NCBI GenBank assembly: GCA_044221885.1
Contig: JBGAOI010000001.1
Span: forward strand, 6,596-70,595
DNA length: 64,000 nt
Direction: 5' to 3'
Source of the DNA: Polyangium sp.
GTDB taxonomy: Bacteria; Myxococcota_A; Polyangia; Polyangiales; Polyangiaceae
Of this stretch, positions 18,516 through 28,493 are shown piece after piece. Numbering within the stretch: position 1 is the stretch's first letter; every line of letters starts with the position of its first letter. Both the position numbers and the translations under genes were made by a program. Under the pieces are notes generated by a model, which saw only the letters and a list, made by a program, of their open reading frames with translations, did no database searches and was not told where the DNA came from.

Positions 18516-20771
18516 CTAGGGTGAAATCGAATTCGCACTCGACGGAAGTTCGATGCGAAAAGAAGGTGCCAGCACGTCTTTGGCGAGCTGGACTTCGATG
18601 AGGTCGATTACCGGGCTATTTGCGACGCGACGCAATGCTTCATTCGCCGTTGCGTCATTGAGCGCATGACGCGCCATTGCCCTGTAAAACTCAGCTTCGA
18701 CCTTTTGCGAGTTATTTTGCGCTGCGGCATTGAGCTCTTCGTCCGTCATTTTTCCGTTTGCCCAAAGTGCCAACTGGACAACCCACGCATCACGATCGCC
18801 ATTGGTCGTCAGCGCCCGCGCGACCGTCTCGTTCTTCATGATGTAGTTCTGCTGCTGGTTGATCTTCAGCCACAAGCCCGCGTAGATGCGATCCTCGAGA
18901 TTGATTTCGGCATCGAGACCTTGCTTCAACGCCGCTTCACCAGCCACGAAATCTCGCGTCACCAGCGCCCGGCCAACCACTTGCAAGACCGTCGCTCCGA
19001 GAACGTCACGATCACCTGACGAAATTGTGATGGCACGTTCGTAAGCACGTCGCGCCAAAGTTCGCTCGCCATACGCGTCGTACACACGCCCGAGAAGCGT
19101 TTCTGCACGTGCTCGCGAACCAACGTCTCCATTCTGCTTCGACAACACGAGCGCGTTCGCAAGAGCCTCTTGAAGCGCTGTTTTGGCTTCCGCTTGTTGC
19201 CCAGCATCGCGATGCATTTCGAACGCGAACAAGTTCGCTTCGCACACATCTGCGAGTGCTACGCGCGCATCAGGCGCCATACGCGCTTGGCGAATGCTGT
19301 CGATCGCCGCTGCAGAATCACCCAGTTGCCGATCGATTCGTCCCAGACGAACCCACGCTGCAACCGACGGATTGGCTCGAATTCCAGCGAGGAACAGCGG
19401 TCGCGCTGCGGCTAGATTTCCATTGCGGAGTTCAATCGTCCCCATGAAGTATCGGATACGCGCCGCGATCGGTTCCACACCAGCACGAGCGATCTCGGGA
19501 CGATCCGCCGCTGCAAGTATCGGTGCGGCAGCGCGGAACGTTCGACGAATCGCCGCATCGTCGCCAATCTCGGCATCGAACGACATGCCTTCGAACACGA
19601 TGTTGCACGCTTCCCCGACAAACCCTGGGCTCGGCGTCATACCAAGCGCTCCCGCAAGTACGCCAGCAGCTCCTTCAGCCATGCCAAACCGCACGAGCCG
19701 CTCGGAGAGAAACGTCGCCACCCGAACGTTGGTCGGCTCTTTGCGATAGGCCTCCAGCAGACTGCCCCACATCGCCGCTTCAACGAGATCGCTAGGCAAG
19801 CGTTCACTCGCGCCTTCTTCGTCATCACTGGGCGCTACTTCGTGAGCAAATGTTGCTGCCAGCATCTCCCAACCACGCACATCGCCATCTTCCGACGCAG
19901 CAATGAGCGCCCGACGTAGATGCGGTTCCGTTACGCGCCGCAGATCCGTGCCTTCGAGCTTCGCGAGCGCACGCGTTGCATCCCCATGGCGCACGTACAG
20001 CGCAGCCAACATGATCGCGCCCGTCTCGAGCGAACGCGCTGCCTCCATACCTTCGGGACGCGTGGGACGTCGACCGAGCTGACGAAACGCCAAGTCGATC
20101 TCGATGCCTCGATTCACCCACGCAATGATGGCGTTTGCCGCCGCCTCGACCGTATCTTCCGACGCGTCGACCATCGCGCGAGCCATCAAATAACGCGCTG
20201 CTGAACCTCGACGTTCACCTTCCGTTCCACTGTGTGTCTCGGAAAGCCATCGCTCGAGGTTTGTCATGTGCTCATCGAGTTGTGCCTTTTCTGGCGCCTT
20301 GTCAGCCATCGTGAGCGCGCGCATGCGCATGAGCGCGTGGGTTCGTCCTTCATCACCACGCGTGCCGAGAAAACGAATCGCTCCGTCGAGAGCTTTGGCG
20401 CCTTGATCGTCGATCATCGACACCTGCCCCTCGCCCGCACGAAGCAAATACAAAGCGCCCAAAACGCTCGCTGTTCCTTGTTCGCTGTGTCCCAAGACAA
20501 ACCGCTCGCGGGCATGACCAAGTTGCCGACGCACGACGCCCGTGAGCAAACCAAGTCGTTCCGGCGTACGCGATCCATCTTTCAAGACGCGCACGAGCGA
20601 CGCAGAGAAATCCTCGTCACTCACATCGACCGGACGAACCGCGGCTTCTCCTGAAGCCAATACCGGCTTCTTGGTTCCTGCACCCGGACCTCCACAGCCT
20701 AACGAGACGAGCGACAAGGCGAGAAGCGTTCGAACGACAGCGCGCCCGCAGGGCGAAGTTTTCGAGGGCAT
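18516..20771 (-). CDS. TPR-rich lipoprotein
   Basis: Lipobox SLGC; long Ala/Leu-rich helical repeats. Confidence 0.65.
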   Translation of the reverse strand: MPSKTSPCGRAVVRTLLALSLVSLGCGGPGAGTKKPVLASGEAAVRPVDVSDEDFSASLVRVLKDGSRTPERLGLLTGVVRRQLGHARERFVLGHSEQGTASVLGALYLLRAGEGQVSMIDDQGAKALDGAIRFLGTRGDEGRTHALMRMRALTMADKAPEKAQLDEHMTNLERWLSETHSGTEGERRGSAARYLMARAMVDASEDTVEAAANAIIAWVNRGIEIDLAFRQLGRRPTRPEGMEAARSLETGAIMLAALYVRHGDATRALAKLEGTDLRRVTEPHLRRALIAASEDGDVRGWEMLAATFAHEVAPSDDEEGASERLPSDLVEAAMWGSLLEAYRKEPTNVRVATFLSERLVRFGMAEGAAGVLAGALGMTPSPGFVGEACNIVFEGMSFDAEIGDDAAIRRTFRAAAPILAAADRPEIARAGVEPIAARIRYFMGTIELRNGNLAAARPLFLAGIRANPSVAAWVRLGRIDRQLGDSAAAIDSIRQARMAPDARVALADVCEANLFAFEMHRDAGQQAEAKTALQEALANALVLSKQNGDVGSRARAETLLGRVYDAYGERTLARRAYERAITISSGDRDVLGATVLQVVGRALVTRDFVAGEAALKQGLDAEINLEDRIYAGLWLKINQQQNYIMKNETVARALTTNGDRDAWVVQLALWANGKMTDEELNAAAQNNSQKVEAEFYRAMARHALNDATANEALRRVANSPVIDLIEVQLAKDVLAPSFRIELPSSANSISP

Positions 20772-20884
20772 TTTTCGCGCAGTGTACACGCGCACCGGCG
20801 ACTGGACGAGGACGGATCGTCGAAGGTTTCGTGCGAGACGAACGACACGCACCAACGTCGTCTGCTCAACAGAGCACGACGTCG

Positions 20885-21283
20885 CTACCGAATCTCCACA
20901 TCATGCCCGAGAAGTCGCGCCGCCAGTTCTTCACCGAGTTCTTCAACCATCAACTTTTCCACGACCTCTTCGGTCTCTCGGCGCTCGGCGTCACTGCGAT
21001 ACATGAACTCGATGCCCATGCCGGCTGGTGATTCAGCCGTTGCGTCCCCAGGTCGCACGATCCAACGCACGCGTCCGCGTAAACGAAGGGGTTCGGCGAC
21101 ATTCTTGATGCTCAAAGCAAATACGAACTCGGTATTGACATCGAGCGGTTTGTCCGTGCGGATGAACGTTCCGCCCTTGGATATGTTCCGCGTGTAGTCG
21201 GCGAAAAACGTATTGAGACGCTTGTATTCGACATTCAGCTCGATGGCTGCGCGGTTTTCGTTACGCCGATTGTTCGCACTCAC
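20885..21283 (-). CDS. PilZ-domain protein (myxobacterial TIGR02266 type)
   Basis: RxxxR (RRNENR), NISKGGTFI, GMGIEF; start uncertain. Confidence 0.88.
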   Translation of the reverse strand: MSANNRRNENRAAIELNVEYKRLNTFFADYTRNISKGGTFIRTDKPLDVNTEFVFALSIKNVAEPLRLRGRVRWIVRPGDATAESPAGMGIEFMYRSDAERRETEEVVEKLMVEELGEELAARLLGHDVEIR

Positions 21284-21328
21284 GACATTGACACTACCCC
21301 CAAACGCGGGCCGTCTACAATCCACCGC

Positions 21329-23047
21329 ATGCGATTCAAAGACGAGTTGGCCGAGCTTCGACGCGTAGGCGAAGAAAAGCTACTTCACGCCCGAATCATT
21401 GGGCGCGTCGCAAGACAGGTCGGAATGCACCAAGCGATGAGCCTCGGAGGTGCACACATCTTCTTGCGGGAAGTGCTCCGGGGCAAACCAGAACCATCCC
21501 TATCGTTCCGTGTAGCCGCCAAGAACGATCCGCATCGCGTGGCTCTCGTTGGACTCACGACACCCGCAGGCGCAGCACCAGGTCGACTCGTAGAAGAGGA
21601 AAACTCGTACTCGTTTTTCGATCTCGATCAACGCGTCGACGCGATCGCCAAAGCCTTGGCCAAACGAGGTGTTCGTTGTGGTGATCGCATCGTCATCATG
21701 CTGAAGAACCGTCCGGAATTCGTTCTTGTTCAAACGGCCGCCGCCCGTCTCGGATGCGCCACTGTGAACTGTTCGTTCCGATCGACGCCGCGCGAGTTCG
21801 AGTTTGTCGTAAAAGACTCGGGCGCAGTCTTGCTCGTGTTCGATGCCGAAGTCGCTGGTGTTCTCGAACAATCACCCAGCGTTCGTACTCGCCTTGGAGA
21901 CGCTCGCTGTGTCGTTGCGGGCGGAACCTGCCCACCGTTTTCGACACTCGACGATCTGGTTCAAGAAGGACAAACGGGTACGATGCCGAGACGCGACGAC
22001 GCCCCAGCGGTTGTCATGTACACATCTGGCACGACGGGAAAACCGAAAGGCGCCGTGCGCAAGTATCAGATCGGAGTGATGGCCGGCGCGATGGCCCTCA
22101 TCGGGCAAACACCGATGCGGATCGGTGAAAAACATCTCGCGGTTTGTCCTCTCTACCACGCCACCGCGAACAGCTTCATCGGCATCTCGTACATCGTCGG
22201 CAGCACGGTCTACATCTTGCGAGACTTTCGTCCGGAGGCTTTTTTGGAGGCGGTCGAGCGATACCGCATCACGACCACGGCGGTTGTTCCAACGATGCTT
22301 CACCGCATCGTAGAACTTGGAGAACAAACGATTCGTCGTTACGACACATCGTCGCTCAAGGTGATCTTCTCGGGCGGTGCACCGCTCACAGCAGCGCTCG
22401 CGCGCGAGGTCATGCGTTACTTCGGGGACACGTTGTACAACTTCTATGGCGCGACGGAGACGGGCGCAGTCACCCTCGCCAAACCCGAACACTTGAAGGA
22501 TGCACCCGGCACGATCGGCAAAATTCTCGAAGGCCAACACGTGCGCTTGCTCGATGACGAAGGCCGCGAATGCGCTCCCGGATGCGTGGGCGAGCTTTAT
22601 GCGCGCAGCGGACAGATGATCACGGGCTACCACGCGAATGAATCCGGTACGCGTGATGCGATGCGCGATGGGTTTTTCTCGGTCGGTGACCTGGCTCGTC
22701 AGGACGAACGGGGCTACTTTTTCCTCGAGGGGCGCAAGCGCGACATGATCATTTCAGGTGGCGTGAACGTGTATCCAGCGGAAGTGGAAAGTGTGCTGGA
22801 GGATCACCCGGCGATTGCGGAAGCGGCAGTTGTGGGCATCGTCGATGCGGAATGGGGTGAGCGGGTGCGCGCGTTTGTCGTAGCAAAACAAGGTGTGACG
22901 GTGGATGCTCCAACGCTCGTGGATTATTGTCGCAAGCAATTGGCGGGGCCGAAGGTGCCGCGTGATTTCGTGTTTTTGGATGCCCTCCCGCGAAATCCGA
23001 CGGGCAAGGTATTGAAACGCGAGTTGAGAGAAATGGACGCGCGCTAA
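21329..23047 (+). CDS. Acyl-CoA synthetase (AMP-forming)
   Basis: YTSGTTGKPKG, YGATE, GDLA, ISGGVNVYPAEVE, LPRNPTGKVLK. Confidence 0.93.
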   Translation: MRFKDELAELRRVGEEKLLHARIIGRVARQVGMHQAMSLGGAHIFLREVLRGKPEPSLSFRVAAKNDPHRVALVGLTTPAGAAPGRLVEEENSYSFFDLDQRVDAIAKALAKRGVRCGDRIVIMLKNRPEFVLVQTAAARLGCATVNCSFRSTPREFEFVVKDSGAVLLVFDAEVAGVLEQSPSVRTRLGDARCVVAGGTCPPFSTLDDLVQEGQTGTMPRRDDAPAVVMYTSGTTGKPKGAVRKYQIGVMAGAMALIGQTPMRIGEKHLAVCPLYHATANSFIGISYIVGSTVYILRDFRPEAFLEAVERYRITTTAVVPTMLHRIVELGEQTIRRYDTSSLKVIFSGGAPLTAALAREVMRYFGDTLYNFYGATETGAVTLAKPEHLKDAPGTIGKILEGQHVRLLDDEGRECAPGCVGELYARSGQMITGYHANESGTRDAMRDGFFSVGDLARQDERGYFFLEGRKRDMIISGGVNVYPAEVESVLEDHPAIAEAAVVGIVDAEWGERVRAFVVAKQGVTVDAPTLVDYCRKQLAGPKVPRDFVFLDALPRNPTGKVLKRELREMDAR

Positions 23048-23068
23048 AAATCGAGCTAGGACCGCCCC

Positions 23069-24004
23069 ATGGTCCTCCGTGTTGGGCTCCTCGTGGGCCG
23101 AGAACGTTCTTTTCCCGATGCATTGATTGCTGAAGTGGCGCGTCGCGATGTGGGTGTCGTGGCCAGTTATGCCGAAATCGACATCACGGCAATCGACAAA
23201 CCACCTGCATACGACGTGATCGTCGATCGCATCTCGCACGAAGTCAGTTGTTATCAGCCGATTCTCAAGCTCGCCGTTTTGGGGGGTACACGAGTCGTCA
23301 ACAATCCGTTTTGGCGCATTGCCGACGACAAGTTTTTCGGGACTGCACTGGCCTCGCGCCTTGGTATTCATGTCCCCAAGACCGTGGTCTTGCCGTCGAA
23401 GTCGTATGTTCAGGGCGTTTCTTCAGAAACACTGCACAATTTGCGATTTCCGCTCGATTGGCAGGGTGCGATTGAAAAGCTTGGATTTCCGATGTTCATC
23501 AAGCCGCATTGGGGCGGTGGATTCCGTGACGTATCGCGCGTGAATTCGCTGGATGAATTGTGGCAGGCGTACGATAAATCCGGAACGCTCACGATGATTG
23601 CGCAGGAAGCGATTCGCTGGTCGCAATACGTGCGATGCATTGTGGTGGGCAAAGAGGAGGTACGTCCGGCATTATGGGATCCGCGCCTTGGGCATTTTGA
23701 TCGTTATGTTCGCGCCAATGAAACGATGCCTGCGTTGGATTCGAATTTGCTGCATCGGTGTTGCGAAGATGCGCGCACGATTTGTCGTGCGCTCGGGTAC
23801 GACATGAATACCGTCGAGCTTGCCATTCAGGATGGCATTCCGTACGCAATCGATTTCATGAATTCGGCGCCTGATTTCGACATTACGTCGCTCGGGCCGG
23901 ATCATTTCCGTTGGACTGTCGAAAAAATGGCCGATCTCGTGATACGTTTGGCCAAAGAAACTCCACCCGCTCGCGCCATGAATTGGCGCGACGTCATGCG
24001 ATGA
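23069..24004 (+). CDS. ATP-grasp (RimK/GshB-like) ligase
   Basis: VVNNPFW..DDKF, FIKPHWGGG, QEAI, NTVELAI..GIPYAIDFMN. Confidence 0.85.
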   Translation: MVLRVGLLVGRERSFPDALIAEVARRDVGVVASYAEIDITAIDKPPAYDVIVDRISHEVSCYQPILKLAVLGGTRVVNNPFWRIADDKFFGTALASRLGIHVPKTVVLPSKSYVQGVSSETLHNLRFPLDWQGAIEKLGFPMFIKPHWGGGFRDVSRVNSLDELWQAYDKSGTLTMIAQEAIRWSQYVRCIVVGKEEVRPALWDPRLGHFDRYVRANETMPALDSNLLHRCCEDARTICRALGYDMNTVELAIQDGIPYAIDFMNSAPDFDITSLGPDHFRWTVEKMADLVIRLAKETPPARAMNWRDVMR

Positions 24005-24011
24005 GGGACAA

Positions 24012-24671
24012 ATGATGAACGATCTTCATTTGATCATTGGCAACAAGAATTATTCGAGCTGGTCGATGCGACCTTGGCTCGCTATGACCGCATGCGGTTT
24101 GTCCTTCCGTGAAACGCTCATTTTGCTGGACGAACCGGACTTTGCGCCGCGCGTGCTCGAACACAGCCCCGCGGGGAAAGTCCCGATTCTGCGCCACGGC
24201 AACATCACCGTATGGGAATCACTGGCCATCATCGAATACGTGGCAGAAACGTTCCCCCATGCGGAGATTTGGCCGTCATCAAGAGAGGCACGGGCTGTAG
24301 CTCGGGCCGTTTCCAGTGAAATGCATTCGGGATTTTCAGCGTTGCGACGCACCTGCCCCATGAACCTGCGCCGCCCACGAAAAGCCGTACCCATGGGCGA
24401 CGATGCCCTGGCCGACGTCAAGGCGATTCAAGCCCTTTGGCGCAGGTGCCGAAACGAGTTTGGCTCTGGTGGACCATTTCTATTTGGAAAGTTCTCGGGC
24501 GCAGATGCAATGTACGCACCTGTCGTCACCCGATTCGACACGTATGACATTGCCGTCGACGACGACTCGCGCGCGTACATGAGGGCAGTGCGGGAATTGC
24601 CTGCGTTTCAGGCGTGGGAAAAAGCGGGGCTCGAGGAACCTTGGCGGGTTCCGTCCGACGAAGTCGATTGA
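24012..24671 (+). CDS. Glutathione S-transferase family protein
   Basis: NKNYSSWSMRPWL, SPAGKVP, ESLAI, EMHSGF, ADAMYAPV. Confidence 0.93.
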   Translation: MMNDLHLIIGNKNYSSWSMRPWLAMTACGLSFRETLILLDEPDFAPRVLEHSPAGKVPILRHGNITVWESLAIIEYVAETFPHAEIWPSSREARAVARAVSSEMHSGFSALRRTCPMNLRRPRKAVPMGDDALADVKAIQALWRRCRNEFGSGGPFLFGKFSGADAMYAPVVTRFDTYDIAVDDDSRAYMRAVRELPAFQAWEKAGLEEPWRVPSDEVD

Positions 24672-24677
24672 ATCAAT

Positions 24678-25730
24678 TCATTCCGCTGCCAACTCTTCGG
24701 GAGCGTGCGTTGCATCGCGAAACGCCGCCCGACGAATTCCAGCAGGCGGAACGAGGCGCTTGCGCTTGATCATTTCAACGAGCGTCGTGCGATTGAGTCC
24801 CAAAAGTTGCGCCGCGCGATTCTTGTTCCAGCCAGTCCTTTCGAGCGCCTGCAAGATCATTCGTGTCTCGAAGGTTTCGACAGCGTTTTTCAGGTCCACA
24901 CCATTGGCCGGCAACGACCGAAGGAGCGACGAAATCTCCACCGGCTCGGATTCGCGCATTTCCGCGGGCAAATCTGCCATGGTCACGTACGGACCTTGCG
25001 CAAACGCGACAGCATGTTCGAGCGCATGCTCCAATCCGCGGAGATTCTCGAAGAAAACATGGGATTCGAGAACCGCTCGCGCCTCGGGCGAAATTCCGCG
25101 CAAATCCAAACGACGCGCCCGCGTGAGCGATTGATCGAAGAAATGCTGCACCAAGCTCCCAAAGTCTCCGCGACGCTCGCTCAATGAAGGCACCGCAATG
25201 ATGTTCGACACGAATTGATTGTAAAGATCAGCTCGGAAATGCCCGGCAGCCACATCATGATCCAAGAGACGCGCGCTGCATGCAAATACCCGCGCCGGGA
25301 CGTCGCGCTTTTCGACGAATACCCATTGCATCAGCATGTCCTGCAAATCGAGGCTCAAGCATTCAATCGCATCGACGAACAATGTCGCATTCACCGCAGC
25401 ATCGACGATTCGGCGCAGTTTGTCCGCATCCATCGTCCCATCGCCACATGCAAGCACAACAAAGGGGCGCGTTGAAAGCGGGCCGAATTCGTGCATCGTG
25501 CGAGCCAAAAATCGCTTGCCCGTGCCTGGCGCGCCCACGAGCAATACCGGACAATCCACATGCGTCACCGCAGCAATCGCCGTACGCATTTGAACCACAG
25601 CAGGGCATTGCCCAATCAAACGGGCTTCGACACCAACAGTAGCAGAGCTTACGTTTTTGGACGAAACGGCATCAATTGGTTCAGAAGAAGAAACAGGTGA
25701 GGTATTCGTGATTTCGATAGCGGTCGTCAT
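24678..25730 (-). CDS. Degenerate sigma54-activator-like protein (AAA+ without GAFTGA loop, intact Fis-type HTH)
   Basis: Walker A GAPGTGK; no ESELFGH/GAFTGA; Walker B reads LFVDAIE; HTH WNKNRAAQLLGLNRTTL; ATG at 25730 with GGAG RBS. Confidence 0.8.
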   Translation of the reverse strand: MTTAIEITNTSPVSSSEPIDAVSSKNVSSATVGVEARLIGQCPAVVQMRTAIAAVTHVDCPVLLVGAPGTGKRFLARTMHEFGPLSTRPFVVLACGDGTMDADKLRRIVDAAVNATLFVDAIECLSLDLQDMLMQWVFVEKRDVPARVFACSARLLDHDVAAGHFRADLYNQFVSNIIAVPSLSERRGDFGSLVQHFFDQSLTRARRLDLRGISPEARAVLESHVFFENLRGLEHALEHAVAFAQGPYVTMADLPAEMRESEPVEISSLLRSLPANGVDLKNAVETFETRMILQALERTGWNKNRAAQLLGLNRTTLVEMIKRKRLVPPAGIRRAAFRDATHAPEELAAE

Positions 25731-25766
25731 AGTGGCAGCTCCTGCGGGGGTCACGAAGTTGACATA

Positions 25767-25782
25767 GGCAACATGTGTGCCA
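25767..25782 (-). promoter_or_regulatory. Sigma54 -24/-12 promoter
   Basis: Minus strand TGGCACACATGTTGCC matches TGGCAC-N5-TTGC (GG-N10-GC); predicted +1 near 25756, about 26 nt before the ATG. Confidence 0.75.
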
Positions 25783-25820
25783 ACGCAGGATCATTATGGA
25801 ATCTGACGACTACAGGAAAT

Positions 25821-25844
25821 GCCTGGGTCACGCGAGACCCAGGC
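25821..25844. terminator. Perfect 9-bp hairpin (terminator or regulator site)
   Basis: GCCTGGGTC-ACGCGA-GACCCAGGC just downstream of the 25861 gene stop; weak U tract. Confidence 0.45.
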
Positions 25845-25860
25845 TCACGTAGTTAAGATT

Positions 25861-27315
25861 TCAGCTGGCACCGTTTGTCGAACGCTTGCAAGCTCGGTGA
25901 TGGGTCTTTTTTGACCCGCGTGGGTCCTGCTTGACCCTCCTCGTCTGACGAAGAATTGACGTAACGGCACCCAAACCTAAAAACAGCATAGCGTGGTCAC
26001 TGGACTGTCCAGATGTGGAATTGCTGATGCGACAAGCACAGCCACTATCTTGTTCAACGGTGGCTGGAGGTGTTTCCGGTCCGCCAAACCCCACACCTTT
26101 CAATACAATTTTTTGGACGGGGTCACTTGGATCATTGGACGCTACGAAAAGCGTCGCTTCGAATGGTCCGTTTTTCGTGGGCATGAAGCGCACGGCCGAA
26201 TCAAACGTCACGCCGGATTCCACATCAGCAGCCGGATCCCACGCCGGAAATAAATCGGCATTGCTGGAAACGAACGTTACCTTCGCCCTCGCTTCTCCGG
26301 CATTCCACACGCCGAAATTCACCAAGCCCTTTTGTCCCACTTGAACATCGCCGAAATCAATTTCATCGACCGAGAGAACGACATCTGGGAGCGGCACGTG
26401 AACACGTTGTTTGTCGAATACCCAATCGGTCTGGGTGATGGGAAACGCAATGGGAATGTCTGCAATGGGAATGTTCCATTGTTTCCCCAAGAGTTCCACC
26501 CAAAATGCCGGAATCAGATGAAGGACCCCGTCGTAATCGACCGTTCCTTCTGGATGAACATCCAAGTCGACAGCGGGCCCATTGAGGTATTTCGTCGACG
26601 TCTCGCCATCTTGTTTCGTGATCTCTCCGCCTGCCACCGGCTTACCGTCCGCCGTTTCAATGACGATTCGCTGGGTTGTGTAGGTCGCAGCCAATTCCAT
26701 CGCCATATCGACGGCGATTCCTCCGTCGATGCCGGGAATGGACCCGCCGACAATGTCCCCCACGCCCACTTCGATGATTCGTACGGGCATTGTTTTACTC
26801 GACAAGGTCGTACCCGGCTCGAAAGCCCACGTATCGAAAGCCTTCTGGCCATCAACCTGAAAATCGAATTGCGGAATGTACGGAACGGGCCCGGTCCAGT
26901 CGTAGTTCTGCCCCGCCACGGTAATCTGAATTTTCGCCTCGGCGCTCAGTTCGGCACCATAATGAAATGCCAGCAGGCCGCCGTCCGCTTGTCCTGGTGT
27001 ACGCAACACCAATGCATCTGGCCAGCTCGTTTCGAGCGACCCTTTGAGCGACAGACGCGTTGTCGCATACACTCCCGCCTTCAAATGAAGCTGCAATGGC
27101 GAATTCTGAGGAACCCAGCCCGTGTCGAAGCTCCATTGAATCGGCAACGTGTCGCTCTTGCCGAACGATATCGGACCCGTTTTGCACCAATCCGGATCCG
27201 CTTCGCAACCTACCGCGACAATTTCGGCTCTAGCGGTTCGCGGTAAAACCATGGCCGCAAGGGCCAAAAGAGCAGCAGGACAAACCCGGCACCAGAAGGA
27301 TGAACGAAGGCTCAT
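25861..27315 (-). CDS. Secreted beta-rich protein with Ig-like (choice-of-anchor D-like) domain and MYXO-CTERM-like anchor
   Basis: Signal peptide ARA; IDFGDV...N.G...FMP...SNDP motif; C-terminal GCAC...hydrophobic...RR. Confidence 0.7.
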   Translation of the reverse strand: MSLRSSFWCRVCPAALLALAAMVLPRTARAEIVAVGCEADPDWCKTGPISFGKSDTLPIQWSFDTGWVPQNSPLQLHLKAGVYATTRLSLKGSLETSWPDALVLRTPGQADGGLLAFHYGAELSAEAKIQITVAGQNYDWTGPVPYIPQFDFQVDGQKAFDTWAFEPGTTLSSKTMPVRIIEVGVGDIVGGSIPGIDGGIAVDMAMELAATYTTQRIVIETADGKPVAGGEITKQDGETSTKYLNGPAVDLDVHPEGTVDYDGVLHLIPAFWVELLGKQWNIPIADIPIAFPITQTDWVFDKQRVHVPLPDVVLSVDEIDFGDVQVGQKGLVNFGVWNAGEARAKVTFVSSNADLFPAWDPAADVESGVTFDSAVRFMPTKNGPFEATLFVASNDPSDPVQKIVLKGVGFGGPETPPATVEQDSGCACRISNSTSGQSSDHAMLFLGLGAVTSILRQTRRVKQDPRGSKKTHHRACKRSTNGAS

Positions 27316-27359
27316 GACGACGCATTATCGCCGCACTCGACGCCAAATGCCACCCTCGA

Positions 27360-28493
27360 CTAACGCGAACCCATCACCGCCCCAATGACGATCACCACAA
27401 TCGCCAAGAGCGCCACCAGAACAACTCCAATCCACGATTTCTTCGGCGGTGCCGCCAAAGACGCAGCCAAAGCTGGCTCATTTCGTTTGTCCTGGATAAT
27501 CTCGACGCCTTCCTTCGCTTCTCGCGCGGCATCCCGCAATTCAAGCTCAGTGTCTTTTTCCGCCAAAGCCTTGGCGTCTTCAGCCGTAACGGAATGCGGG
27601 GCAACGACGTGCACGCTTTGCCGCGCTGACGCGAGCGCCTCGGCAAATGCTCGTGCCGTGGGATACCGGTCCGTGGGTTTCTTCGCCAAGGCACGCGAAA
27701 CGACCGCATCGAGCGCCGGCGAAATGCCTCGCTCGGGACAAACACTTCTTGCCGACGGAATCGCTTCGTACAAATGCGCGCTCATCGTCTGCACGGCTGT
27801 TGGCGTGCGATAAGGTGCTCGACCCGTGAGCAATTCGAAGAGGATCACTCCGGCCGCATAAATGTCACAACGATGATCTATCTCGTCACCATTCACTTGC
27901 TCGGGCGACATGTATTCTGGTGTCCCGAGAATGAGATCTTTTTCGGTCATCGATACGCCGGGGGTGTCTCGATGTAACGCTTTGCCCAATCCAAAATCGA
28001 CGACCCACACCATCGGCACACGTGCCCCGCCCAACTCGCCTTGCACGATGACATTTCCCGGCTTGAGATCCCGATGCACAAACCCGCCCGCATGGGCCGC
28101 TCCCAACGCCGCGCAAATCTGTAGCGAAATCTCGACGGCTTGCTCAATGGTCGGTACACCCGCACGTAATGCCACATCGAGTGACTTGCCTTCGACGTAT
28201 TCGAGTACGAGCACAGGAAGTTCGTCATGGACAGCAATGTCGAGCAGCCGCACGATATGATTGCCTTCGAGCTGCTTCAGGATCGTCGCTTCGCGTTGGA
28301 ATCTCCCCAAGACTTGTTCGTCATAACAAACGCTGCGATGAATGACTTTGAGCGCTACGCGAACCCCATCATTCGAACGATGAGCCGCGTATACAATACC
28401 GCTGGCACCTTCGCCCACACTGCCATCGACGATGTACCGACCGGCAACGATGGTTCCAGGAACGAGTCGTTCCGTTGAAGAATCGGCTACCAC
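27360..28493 (-). CDS. Ser/Thr protein kinase with C-terminal TM helix
   Basis: GEGASGIV, ALK, HRDLKPGN, DFG, GTPEYMSPE. Confidence 0.95.
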   Translation of the reverse strand: MVADSSTERLVPGTIVAGRYIVDGSVGEGASGIVYAAHRSNDGVRVALKVIHRSVCYDEQVLGRFQREATILKQLEGNHIVRLLDIAVHDELPVLVLEYVEGKSLDVALRAGVPTIEQAVEISLQICAALGAAHAGGFVHRDLKPGNVIVQGELGGARVPMVWVVDFGLGKALHRDTPGVSMTEKDLILGTPEYMSPEQVNGDEIDHRCDIYAAGVILFELLTGRAPYRTPTAVQTMSAHLYEAIPSARSVCPERGISPALDAVVSRALAKKPTDRYPTARAFAEALASARQSVHVVAPHSVTAEDAKALAEKDTELELRDAAREAKEGVEIIQDKRNEPALAASLAAPPKKSWIGVVLVALLAIVVIVIGAVMGSR

